This document shows, in pieces, positions 18,229 through 26,983 of a stretch of 54,893 nt of DNA. Position numbers and translations under genes: made by a program. This DNA comes from Deltaproteobacteria bacterium (GTDB taxonomy: Bacteria; Desulfobacterota; Desulfobulbia; Desulfobulbales; Desulfobulbaceae): contig JAADIK010000153.1 in assembly GCA_013151365.1 (NCBI GenBank), positions 1 to 54,893 on the forward strand, in the 5' to 3' direction. The notes under the pieces were generated by a model. That model was not told where the DNA came from. It ran no database searches and saw nothing but the letters and a program-made list of their open reading frames with translations. The stretch's first letter is position 1, and every line of letters starts with the position of its first letter.

Positions 18229-18337
18229 GTCGTCCGGGATGGCGCGGTGAAGACCAGGGAATGTGTTTATTCTGCATATAATGCAACAAATTTCCCATAT
18301 TGCATGGAGTATCACCTCAAGCCGTCACGGATTCAGG
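18229..18337 (-). repeat. family-1 element, truncated copy F (AT-rich half plus terminus)
   Basis: Runs from GGCGCGGTGAAGACC to CCTCAAGCCGTCACGGATTCAGG and contains a perfect TATAAT. It ends 21 nt before ATG 18359. Confidence 0.7.
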
Positions 18338-18358
18338 TGAAAATTATGACCCGCAAAA

Positions 18359-20965
18359 ATGTCGCATGTTGAGACGAACACACCCAGACAGGAGAACTCC
18401 GTGCGGATAACCCAGCGCCCCCTGTTTTACTGGATTCTCCGGCGACACCGGCCGCTGCAGGTCCTGCTGCTGCTTGTGATCCTGGCCAGCCTCTTCTTCC
18501 GGGTCTTTCCCCTGGAGATGCAGAAACGAATCATCAACGAGGCCATCCACCTCAAGGATGAACAGCTCCTCTTCATCTACTGCGGCCTGTACATGGGCGC
18601 CGTGGTCCTGGCCGCTGTCTCCAAATACGCCATCAACGTCATGCAGACCGTTATCGGCCAGAAAATCCTGGTTGAGATGCGCAGCGAACTCTATCGTCAC
18701 CTCCTCCAGCTCCCCCTGCAGTTTTACCGCAAAGTACCGCCGGGAACAGTTATCTCGGCCATGACCGCCGAACTGAACGGCATCGGTTTTTTCCTCGGCG
18801 GCGCGCTGGCCATCCCGGTGACCAGCGTCCTGACCTTCCTGGTCTTTCTCGGTTTCATGTTCAGCCTGAGTCCGCTGCTGGCACTCCTCAGCGTCGTCAT
18901 CTACCCCCTGGAGATGATCGTCATCCCCCTGCTGCAAAAACGCTATAACCGGCTCAACAAAAAACGAATAAAAACCACCCGGGCCATGAGCAACGTCGTC
19001 AACGAGGGCGTCTCCGGCATCCAGGAGATTCACGCCAATGCCAGTTATCAACTGGAAGAAAAGCGAATGGCCGCCTTTATCGAGACCCTGTACAACATTC
19101 TCAAACGGCTCTTCATCGTCAAGTACGGCATCAAGTTCGCCAACAACATGTTCCAGTCGTTCGGCCCCTTTATCCTCTTCCTGGTCGGCGGCTACCTGAC
19201 CATCAACGGCCAGTTCACCCTGGGTGCCCTGGTGGCCTTTCTCTCCGCCTATGAAAAGGTGTACGATCCCTGGAAGGAGATGATGGAATATTACCAGGCC
19301 CTGCAGAACGCGCAGGTCCTCTACCGGCAGGTCATGAGCACCTTCGACCGGCAGCCGCGGCATCCGCTGCTGCCGGACGGCCGGGAGCCCTACCGGCTGC
19401 GGGGCAGCATCGAGCTGAAAGAGGTCTCTTGCACCGTGGACGGCGGCATCAAGGTCCTGGACCGGATCACCATGCAGATCCGCCCGAACGAGCAGGTGGC
19501 GCTGGTCGGTTTTTCCGGGGCAGGCAAGACCACACTCGTCCTGCTCATTGCCCAGCTCTACGATGCCGACCAGGGTTCGCTCCTCCTGGACGGCAAGGAG
19601 GCCGGCACGCTCAGCAAGGCCGATATCAGCCGCAATATCAGCATGATCGCCCAGCAGCCGTTCATCTTTACCGGCAGCCTCCGCGACAACCTTTTGTACG
19701 CGGTCCGGGCCGACCGGAGTGCCGACGGCCGCGAGCTGCCGGGCCGGGAACAGCTTTTCCAGGTGAGCCGCGATGTCGGCCTGGAAGAAGACCTCCTGCG
19801 CTTCGGCTTTAACAGTATCATCCCCAGGGAGCGCGTTCTGCCGCTCAAACAGAATTTTTTGCATATGCGCCGGATCATCCGGAAAGAACTGGGAGAGCAC
19901 TTTGTCGGCGTGGTTGAATTCTATGACGCCGACACCTTCCTTTCTTACTCATCCCTGCGGGACAATATCATTTTCGGCGAGAGTCCCGGCGGCGAGTATG
20001 ACATCGACGAGCTGCCGGATAACCCGGTTTTCAGAGATTTCCTCGGCCGGAGCGGACTGGAGCCGGAGCTGCTGCGCCTGGGCCGGGCCCTGGCCGAAGC
20101 CACCGTCGAGCTGCTCAAAAAAATCGGGGACGATGAATTCTTTTTCCGCGGCAGCCCCATGGAGGCGGACGAATTCGACCGCTACAAAAAGCTGGTTGAC
20201 GACCTGGACGGTCGGCAGCCGCAAAAAAAGGAAGAAAAGGACGCCCTCCTCCTGCTCGCCCTGCGCTTTATTCCCGGACACCATACCATCGTAACCATGC
20301 CGCCCGGCCTGGCTGAAAAAATCCTGCAGGCCCGGCACCGCTTTCTCGAACAGATCGCGGGCATTGACCTGAAGACATACCGCCGGGCAGAGGAACGGCC
20401 CCGGGGCCGGACCGGAGCCACCGCTTTGCCGCAACGCGCCGGGGACTCCGGGGCAGGCGGCGACTTCATCGCCTACTGCCCGTCGGAATACCTGTACAAG
20501 CACAGCCTGCGCGACAATATCCTTTTCGGCGCAACGACCCGGGAGGCCCGCGACGTGGAAGGCCTGTACGAGGTGACCAAACAGGCCTTTGCCCGGGAGG
20601 GACTCCTGGACGAAATCCTGGACATCGGTCTCGATTTCGAGGTGGGCAGCAAAGGAGACCGGCTTTCAGGCGGGCAGAAGCAAAAGGTGGCCATTGCCCG
20701 AGCTCTGCTCAAAGACGCGCCGATTCTGATCATGGACGAGGCCACGTCCAGCCTGGACAATACCTCCCAGGCCCGAATTCAAAAACTCCTGGAGACCAGG
20801 TACCGGGGCAACAAGACGATTATTGCCGTCATCCACCGCCTTGACCTGGCCCCTTCCTATGACCGGATCTTTGTCCTCAAGGCCGGGTCCCTGGTCGAAC
20901 AGGGAACCTATGACGAACTGATGGCCCAAAAAGGAGCGTTTTATGAACTCGCCCGGAAACACTGA
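18359..20965 (+). CDS. ABC exporter (fused TMD-NBD) with a greatly expanded nucleotide-binding domain
   Basis: Six-TM exporter domain, Walker A GFSGAGKTT, signature LSGGQKQ, Walker B ILIMDEATS and H-loop VIHRL. I count about 376 residues between Walker A and the signature. Alternative start is GTG 18401 with an AGGAG RBS. Confidence 0.85.
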   Translation: MSHVETNTPRQENSVRITQRPLFYWILRRHRPLQVLLLLVILASLFFRVFPLEMQKRIINEAIHLKDEQLLFIYCGLYMGAVVLAAVSKYAINVMQTVIGQKILVEMRSELYRHLLQLPLQFYRKVPPGTVISAMTAELNGIGFFLGGALAIPVTSVLTFLVFLGFMFSLSPLLALLSVVIYPLEMIVIPLLQKRYNRLNKKRIKTTRAMSNVVNEGVSGIQEIHANASYQLEEKRMAAFIETLYNILKRLFIVKYGIKFANNMFQSFGPFILFLVGGYLTINGQFTLGALVAFLSAYEKVYDPWKEMMEYYQALQNAQVLYRQVMSTFDRQPRHPLLPDGREPYRLRGSIELKEVSCTVDGGIKVLDRITMQIRPNEQVALVGFSGAGKTTLVLLIAQLYDADQGSLLLDGKEAGTLSKADISRNISMIAQQPFIFTGSLRDNLLYAVRADRSADGRELPGREQLFQVSRDVGLEEDLLRFGFNSIIPRERVLPLKQNFLHMRRIIRKELGEHFVGVVEFYDADTFLSYSSLRDNIIFGESPGGEYDIDELPDNPVFRDFLGRSGLEPELLRLGRALAEATVELLKKIGDDEFFFRGSPMEADEFDRYKKLVDDLDGRQPQKKEEKDALLLLALRFIPGHHTIVTMPPGLAEKILQARHRFLEQIAGIDLKTYRRAEERPRGRTGATALPQRAGDSGAGGDFIAYCPSEYLYKHSLRDNILFGATTREARDVEGLYEVTKQAFAREGLLDEILDIGLDFEVGSKGDRLSGGQKQKVAIARALLKDAPILIMDEATSSLDNTSQARIQKLLETRYRGNKTIIAVIHRLDLAPSYDRIFVLKAGSLVEQGTYDELMAQKGAFYELARKH

Positions 20966-21467
20966 GCACGGGGCTTCGCCCGGCCGCGGCAGTCTCGAGG
21001 AAAACATGGCCTTTCTACGGCGCCAGCCCGTCTTTGCCGACATACCGCTTGAAATGCTTCGGCTTTACGCCTACCTCTCTCAAAGAGAGCGCTTTCAAAA
21101 AGACGAGCCGATCATCAGGCAGGGTGAGCCCGGCGACCGCATGTACCTCATCATGACCGGCACGGTGGCCGTCTGCGAAAAGTATAACGGCCGTGAATGC
21201 CTGTTGCAGACCCTTGCCGCCGACGGGTTCAACTCTTTCGGTGAGCTTGCTCTGCTGGCCGAGTTCGACTGGTTTTACTCGGCCAGGGCGGTGACGGACG
21301 TGACCCTGCTCTCCATTACCAGGGAGGCCTTTCGCAAGGTCCTGGAGCAATATTCCGAACAGTATTCCGAGGCGGTTGCCGACATTGTCCGGTGGCGGAT
21401 CAGGCGCTTCGTCGATCAGACGCACGCCCTGCTCGACCAGTCGGCACAAGAGAACCTGAATCCGTGA
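20943..21467 (+). CDS. cyclic nucleotide-binding domain protein
   Basis: cNMP-binding fold signature FGELALL...ARAVTDV. It overlaps the ABC gene by 23 nt (alternative start ATG 21006). The last codons and stop (LNP*) lie in repeat copy B. Confidence 0.75.
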   Translation: MNSPGNTEHGASPGRGSLEENMAFLRRQPVFADIPLEMLRLYAYLSQRERFQKDEPIIRQGEPGDRMYLIMTGTVAVCEKYNGRECLLQTLAADGFNSFGELALLAEFDWFYSARAVTDVTLLSITREAFRKVLEQYSEQYSEAVADIVRWRIRRFVDQTHALLDQSAQENLNP

Positions 21468-21672
21468 CGGCTTGAGGTACTATTCCATGCAGCATGTGGA
21501 TTTTATTGTATTATTGTCAAATAAATGCATTTATGGTCTTCACCGCGCCGCCCTGCGGGGCGCCCGATAACGGCGCATCTGCTGCGTTGGCAACTCGTTG
21601 ATATCACACCAGGATAATCAACCTCGTTGCCGCCTTGCATCTGCACCGTTCTCGAACGCTCACGGATTCAGG
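21455..21672 (+). repeat. family-1 element, full copy B (218 nt)
   Basis: Perfect 13-bp terminal inverted repeats CCTGAATCCGTGA / TCACGGATTCAGG. An AT-rich left half is followed by a GC-rich right half with hairpins. Confidence 0.9.
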
Positions 21673-21727
21673 GGGAAATGAAGGGAGAGGCGGCGTCGGG
21701 AACCAAGCCCGTCAAGAGGAGAAAATC

Positions 21728-22316
21728 ATGACGATCCGACAACTTGTCTGTATATTATCCATTCTTCTGGTACCCCATCTCGCCGCGGCCGCGGACCGCG
21801 CCCCCCATGAAATCGGCGGCTTCAGACTGGGCGCTTCCATCAATGACTACAATGTCATCAGCAACCGCAACGTTCTGCACCAGGTGGTCGTCGACGAAAC
21901 CGGGGGATTCAGAAAAGGCGTTATCTATTACGGAGATTGCGCCCGTCCCGGAGAAATCGTTAAAATCAAGCTCAAGTTCAAGGATCCGAGCGCTGAATTT
22001 TACCGGCAGATCCTGGAGCGTTATACGAAAAAATTCGGCAAACCCTATAAATTCACGGGCGGCACCTTCGGTATTATCCGGGCGTGGAAGTGGGAGTTCA
22101 CGGACAAGGACAGACAAGGACAACAACCGCATCACCCTTACCCTGCAGCATAACCTGAAAAACATGGATGAAAATATCGGCAATATGATCAAGCTCTCCA
22201 TGCCGGACCGCATAGAGGCGGAGCGAAAATGCGTCAATGCCGGCCGGCCGCGACATCGGAAGACCCCCCCGGCGGGGCCGGGCACCCCGGACTGGGAGCG
22301 GTTGATACCGCGCTGA
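21728..22316 (+). pseudogene. secreted hypothetical protein gene split by a 10-bp tandem duplication (frameshift)
   Basis: ATG 21728 has an AGGAG RBS and the signal peptide MTIRQLVCILSILLVPHLAAA. GACAAGGACA is duplicated at 22103-22122, shifting the frame. Removing one unit joins ORF 21635..22153 to the frame of ORF 21744..22316. Confidence 0.6.
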
Positions 22317-22364
22317 TAAAAAACCGCCCCGGGCATGGCCCGAAACGGTGTAACCACGCAGCGG

Positions 22365-23198
22365 TCAACGACCGGCGAGATGGCGCCGGATGGCCTGCAG
22401 ATCAAGCCAGGTGCCCTTTTTCATCTCCTCATGCCGGCGGAGGAAACGGGGATGAAAGGTCGGCATCACGGCGACCGGCGTCCCGGCCTGGTAGCGAAAT
22501 TGCTGCATCCGCCCGCGCAGCCGGACCAGCGGCTCCTCGCGGCCCAGAAGCATCCTGGCCGCCATGTCCCCCATGGCGCAGATCACCCGGGGCCTGACGG
22601 CGGCAATCTCCCGCTCTAGAAATGAAAAGCAGGCATCCAGGCAGGTACGATCCGGCTCCGGTCCCGGCGGCGGACAGCATTTGACACAGTTGGTCACATA
22701 AATATCGCCGGGCTGCAGACCGATGGCCGCCATCATTTTGACCAGCAGGGCATCATCATCGGGGCCGAAGATGGTTGCCGGCGAAAAATTGCCCTTTTCC
22801 TGCTGCGACCAGTCCCCGACCACCATGAGCGCGGAGCTTTCGCCGCCCGAACCGGGGACGGTCCCCAAGCGGCCGGCGGCCAGGGGGCAGAAGCTGCAGG
22901 AGGCCGCCTCCCGCCCGAGACACTGCAGCCGGGGTCCAGCCGGCTCTCCCGGTTCGGGCCGGGGCCGCGGCGGCCTGACCGGGGGTGAAACCCTCCCGGG
23001 CCGCGACGTCTCCGCCTCGGCCGTCTTTTTTGCCAGAAAACTGCGCAACCCGGGAGAACCCGGATATTCGTTGATTCCCAGGGCCTGGTGAAACCTCAGC
23101 ACTTTGCCGAGTTCACGGGCAAGTCGTGCCGGCGCTTCCCGCTGCCGGGTCCGTTGCGAATTTGCCGTCGAATTTTTAGCTGACAACTCCAACCTCAA
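22365..23198 (-). CDS. uracil-DNA glycosylase, family 4
   Basis: The C-terminal domain has LMVVGDW...GDIYVTNCVKCCPP and a HP motif near the end. The N-terminal extension is Pro/Arg-rich. Confidence 0.8.
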   Translation of the reverse strand: MRLELSAKNSTANSQRTRQREAPARLARELGKVLRFHQALGINEYPGSPGLRSFLAKKTAEAETSRPGRVSPPVRPPRPRPEPGEPAGPRLQCLGREAASCSFCPLAAGRLGTVPGSGGESSALMVVGDWSQQEKGNFSPATIFGPDDDALLVKMMAAIGLQPGDIYVTNCVKCCPPPGPEPDRTCLDACFSFLEREIAAVRPRVICAMGDMAARMLLGREEPLVRLRGRMQQFRYQAGTPVAVMPTFHPRFLRRHEEMKKGTWLDLQAIRRHLAGR

Positions 23199-23281
23199 TG
23201 CTTAAAGTACGACAAACAGAGGAAAATAAACCCTGATCAACATATTGAAATCATATATATACAATCCCGGAGGATCCAGTA

Positions 23282-23497
23282 ATGCCCATTTATGAATACG
23301 TCTGTAAAGACTGTAAAACCCATTTTGAAGTGCTCACCACGGCCTCGGCAACCGCGAAAACGATCAAGTGCAAAAAGTGCAGCAGCCTGAATGTCAAAAA
23401 AACAATCTCCACCACGAGTTTCCGCGTCAGCCACGGCGGGGGCTCGATACCGACAGGTGCCCTTTCCGGCTGTTCCTCGAAAACCGGATTCTCCTGA
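23282..23497 (+). CDS. FmdB-family zinc-ribbon protein
   Basis: N-terminal MPIYEYVCKDCKTHFEV...CKKC (CxxC-x-CxxC zinc ribbon). Confidence 0.75.
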   Translation: MPIYEYVCKDCKTHFEVLTTASATAKTIKCKKCSSLNVKKTISTTSFRVSHGGGSIPTGALSGCSSKTGFS

Positions 23498-23564
23498 GCC
23501 TGATTTTGAAAGCCCGTGCGGCTTTCCAGCCCTTGCCGACCGCAGGACCAAAAGATACGAGGTC

Positions 23565-23673
23565 GGTAACTGTTCAGATGTGCTCCATATTTGGGCAAGC
23601 AGGCCAACGAATCTATAGTATAGCTATGTGAGGCGGCCTGATCGCCCGAAGATGGGGTGCAGCTGAACAGTTA
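23565..23673. repeat. family-2 palindromic element, copy X (109 nt)
   Basis: Runs from GTAACTGTTCAG to CTGAACAGTTAC with inner arms GTGCTCCATATTT / GAAGATGGGGTGC. It lies between convergent genes and overlaps the ftsB stop. Confidence 0.6.
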
Positions 23674-24000
23674 CTTTTTCTTTTTTTTTGCCGGCTTGTA
23701 CTCGAAGACCATCTCGTTTTTCTTCAGCAGGCCATACTTCTGCCGCGCCAGTTCTTCAAGATAGGCGCTATCGTGTTGCAGCCGGTCCACATCGTGCCGC
23801 AGTTCGGCGTTATGCTTGGCCAGGGCCTTGTTTTCCCTGGCCAGGGTGTCAACCCGGCTCTGCAGACGCCTGTAGCTTAAAAGGCCGCGGCCCGGCGCAA
23901 AAATGAGCCAGAGCATGCCGAGGACAACGACCAGTACAACAATACGCCGGAGGAACCGGCGCTCCTGCAAGGTCAATCCCTGTTGTTGCCTGGAAACCAT
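23671..24000 (-). CDS. ftsB: cell division protein FtsB/DivIC family
   Basis: 109 aa with an N-terminal TM segment, a coiled coil (LARENKALAKHNAELRHDV) and the conserved YLEELARQKYGL. Confidence 0.8.
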   Translation of the reverse strand: MVSRQQQGLTLQERRFLRRIVVLVVVLGMLWLIFAPGRGLLSYRRLQSRVDTLARENKALAKHNAELRHDVDRLQHDSAYLEELARQKYGLLKKNEMVFEYKPAKKKKK

Positions 24001-24050
24001 AATCCGTCCCGCGTCAAATTAACCTTCAACCGCAGCCCGGTCCAGCCACG

Positions 24051-24470
24051 ATGCCGCAACCAAACCCTGAAAAATGTCTCGTCAGCGCCTGCCTCACCGG
24101 ACTCTGCACCCGCTATGACGGCCGGAGCAAACCTTCGCCCCCCTGCCTGCGACAGCTGGAGAACCGCAACTGGATTCCGGTCTGCCCGGAACAGCTTGGC
24201 GGCCTGCCCACGCCGAGAACGGCCGCCGACCTGGTCGGCGGCGACGGCCACGAGGTGCTGGCCGGCCGGGCCGTTGTTATCAATCGCGCCGGCCTTGACG
24301 TCAGCGACAACTTTATTCGGGGCGCCCGCCAGTGCCTTGCCATCGCCCGGGCCCGGCAGATCAAAACCGCCTACCTGAAGGCCGGAAGTCCCTCCTGCGG
24401 CCTGACACCGCAAATCGGGGTCACGGCGGCGCTTTTGCAACAGCACGGCTGTAAAATAATCGAATTCTGA
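24051..24470 (+). CDS. DUF523 family protein (2-thiouracil desulfurase-like)
   Basis: LVSACLTGLCTRYDG...CPEQLGGLPTPR...SPSCG signature of DUF523. Confidence 0.75.
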   Translation: MPQPNPEKCLVSACLTGLCTRYDGRSKPSPPCLRQLENRNWIPVCPEQLGGLPTPRTAADLVGGDGHEVLAGRAVVINRAGLDVSDNFIRGARQCLAIARARQIKTAYLKAGSPSCGLTPQIGVTAALLQQHGCKIIEF

Positions 24471-24504
24471 GCCGAGCGCCACTCCTCTTGTGGTTACCAG
24501 TCTT

Positions 24505-25269
24505 CTATCCGTCCTCTTGTCCGTCGTCCTTCTGCCTGTCCTCCCGCCCGCCGGCCGCTGTCGTTACCGGGCGCCTCTTGTCCATTTTAAAAATGACGAT
24601 AACCATGATACCTGCCTCATAGAGCAGATACAGGGGGCAACCCATGAGCGCCATGTTGAAAATATCGGGAGTCGGGGTCAGGACCGCCGCCAGGATGGCA
24701 ATGATCAGAACGGCATAACGCCGGTTTTTCTCAAAAACCTTTCTGGACACACCGACCCTGGCGCTGAACACCATAAAGACCGGCAACTCGAAAATCACCC
24801 CGAAGGCAAGAATGAAAATAATCACGAAATTGACAAAACGGCCCACCGAGATAACCGGCCGCAAATCCTTGGACTGATAGCTCAACAGAAAGCTGATGCC
24901 GTAAGGCAGGGTGAGCAGGTAGCAGAACAGCGTCCCGGCATAGAAAAGGAAACAGGTGGCAAGCACAAACCAAAACAAGGTCTTGCCGGTCACCCCGAAA
25001 GGACGGCCCAGTCCCTTCCAGACCACGTACATGATCCAGGGCATCAGCAGGAACAGGGCTCCGAAAAAGGCGACCTTGACATGGGCCAGAAACGGCCCGG
25101 CCACGGAAAAAAAGTACAGTTTTTCTTTCAGATGATCCTGCATGGCCAGCAGCAGGTTGTTCGACAGAAAAAAAAGCGTAGCGGTCAGCGCCATGATGCT
25201 CAGACCAAGCGACCGGACCGAGCGGCGCAGCTCGGCAAAAAATATGGCAAGATTTTGATGTATTTCCAA
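24505..25269 (-). CDS. tatC: twin-arginine translocase subunit TatC
   Basis: Six-TM protein with TatC blocks FELPV and TPTPDIFN. Confidence 0.9.
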   Translation of the reverse strand: MEIHQNLAIFFAELRRSVRSLGLSIMALTATLFFLSNNLLLAMQDHLKEKLYFFSVAGPFLAHVKVAFFGALFLLMPWIMYVVWKGLGRPFGVTGKTLFWFVLATCFLFYAGTLFCYLLTLPYGISFLLSYQSKDLRPVISVGRFVNFVIIFILAFGVIFELPVFMVFSARVGVSRKVFEKNRRYAVLIIAILAAVLTPTPDIFNMALMGCPLYLLYEAGIMVIVIFKMDKRRPVTTAAGGREDRQKDDGQEDG

Positions 25270-25406
25270 AAGACCAGGGCCGGATTTCAGGGGTCAGGGA
25301 ACCTCGATTTTCATGATCAGCTCAGAGTAGCAGACAGATTCATGAAAAGCAATGCAATAGGTACGGGCAGAATATCCCACGGGGTAGCCGCCCCTGGGGA
25401 ACTGTT

Positions 25407-25627
25407 ACTGAATCCGTGAGCGTTCGAGAACGGTGCAGATGCAAGGCGGCGACGAGGTTGATTATCCTGGTGTGATATCAACGAGTTGCCAACGCAGCGC
25501 AGATGCGCCGTTCTCGGGCGCCCCGCAGGGCGGCGCGGTGAAACCGGAAAATGCGTTTATTCAGCATATAATACAATAAATTCCATATATTGCATGAAAT
25601 ATTACCTCAAGCCGTCACGGATTCAGG
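25407..25627 (-). repeat. family-1 element, full copy C (221 nt, inverted orientation)
   Basis: Both termini are present (left ACTGAATCCGTGA). It has 2 extra nt in the GCATCTGC segment and sits in the tatC/serS divergent region. Confidence 0.9.
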
Positions 25628-25711
25628 TTACTGCAATAGCAGTTGCTTTCCGGCAAACGTCATGATAGTAAGAGTCCATCCATAAACACCAGAAAAACAA
25701 AAACCTGAATC

Positions 25712-26983
25712 ATGCTTGAATTACGCTTTATCCGTGAACATATCGACCTGGTACGAAAAAAGACCGCCCTGCGCCGCCTCGACCCGGCCATCATCGACCG
25801 GTTTACCGCGACCGATTCCCGGCGACTCGCCCTGCTCGGGGAGGTTGAAAGTCTAAAAAACCTGCGCAACACGGTTTCACAGGAGATTGCCGAGCTGAAA
25901 AAAACCGGCGCCCATGACCAGGCCGAACCGCTCATCACCAAAATGCGCGAGGTTTCGGCCCGGATCAGGGAGCTGGACAATGAGCTGGCCGAGGTGCAGA
26001 CGCGCCTGAACGATATTGTCATGGCCATTCCCAACCTGTGCGACGACTCCGTGCCCGAGGGCGACAACGACAGCGACAACATCGAGATCAGGAAGTGGGG
26101 GGAGATTCCGGAGTTTACCTTTACGCCGCGGCCGCACTGGGAAATCGGCGAAGAGCTGGACATCCTGGATTTCGAGACCTCGGCCAAGCTGGCCGGAGCG
26201 CGGTTCGCCATCCTCAAGGGTTTCGGCTCCCGCCTCTCCAGGGCGCTCGTCAATTTCTTCCTCGACCTCCATACCCAGAAACACGGCTACACCGAGATAC
26301 TGCCGCCGTTCATGGTCAACAGCAAGACCATGACCGGCACCGGCCAGCTGCCCAAATTCGCCGACGACCTGTTTCGCATCCAGGACTGGGACCTGTGGCT
26401 GATTCCCACGGCCGAGGTGCCGGTCACCAACATCCACAGCGGCGAGACCCTGGTCGAGGACGACCTGCCGTTGAAATATACGGCCTACACTCCCTGTTTC
26501 CGCTCCGAGGCCGGGTCATACGGCAAAGATACGAGGGGCCTTATCCGCCAGCACCAGTTTGAAAAGGTGGAACTGGTCAAATTCACCACGCCGCAAACAT
26601 CGGAGCAGGAACTGAACGCCTTGCTGGCCGATGCCGAAGAGGTGCTGCAACTGCTGCGCCTGCCCTACCGGGTCGTGCAGCTCTGCGGTGGCGATCTCGG
26701 TTTCTCCGCCGCCAAGACCTATGACATCGAAGTGTGGCTGCCGGGGCAGAGCGCCTACCGGGAGATATCCTCCTGCTCCAACTACCATGACTTCCAGGCT
26801 CGGCGCATGGGCATCCGCTACCGGCCGGCCGGCGAAAAGAAAAGCCGCCTGGTGCATACCCTGAACGGCAGCGGCCTGGCCGTCGGCAGGACCCTGCTGG
26901 CCATCATGGAGAATTACCAGCAGGAAGACGGAACGATCCGGTTACCCGAGGTCCTGCAGCCCTACTTTGAAAAGCGTTTTTAG
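25712..26983 (+). CDS. serS: seryl-tRNA synthetase
   Basis: N-terminal coiled-coil arm and class II motifs ([16 protein letters not shown]). Confidence 0.95.
   Translation: MLELRFIREHIDLVRKKTALRRLDPAIIDRFTATDSRRLALLGEVESLKNLRNTVSQEIAELKKTGAHDQAEPLITKMREVSARIRELDNELAEVQTRLNDIVMAIPNLCDDSVPEGDNDSDNIEIRKWGEIPEFTFTPRPHWEIGEELDILDFETSAKLAGARFAILKGFGSRLSRALVNFFLDLHTQKHGYTEILPPFMVNSKTMTGTGQLPKFADDLFRIQDWDLWLIPTAEVPVTNIHSGETLVEDDLPLKYTAYTPCFRSEAGSYGKDTRGLIRQHQFEKVELVKFTTPQTSEQELNALLADAEEVLQLLRLPYRVVQLCGGDLGFSAAKTYDIEVWLPGQSAYREISSCSNYHDFQARRMGIRYRPAGEKKSRLVHTLNGSGLAVGRTLLAIMENYQQEDGTIRLPEVLQPYFEKRF

Noticed and set aside
25404-25630. Target-site duplications for the family-1 element.
   Set aside because: If the outermost C is excluded, copy C is flanked by TTA/TTA and copy D by CAC/CAC. 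Copies A, B and E show no matching flanks under any boundary I tried. I cannot claim a consistent target-site duplication from this window.
26942-26983. A 42-nt convergent overlap of the serS and ddl 3' ends.
   Set aside because: It is probably just a non-conserved C-terminal tail on Ddl, since the conserved region ends near LIELALER. I found no additional signal.
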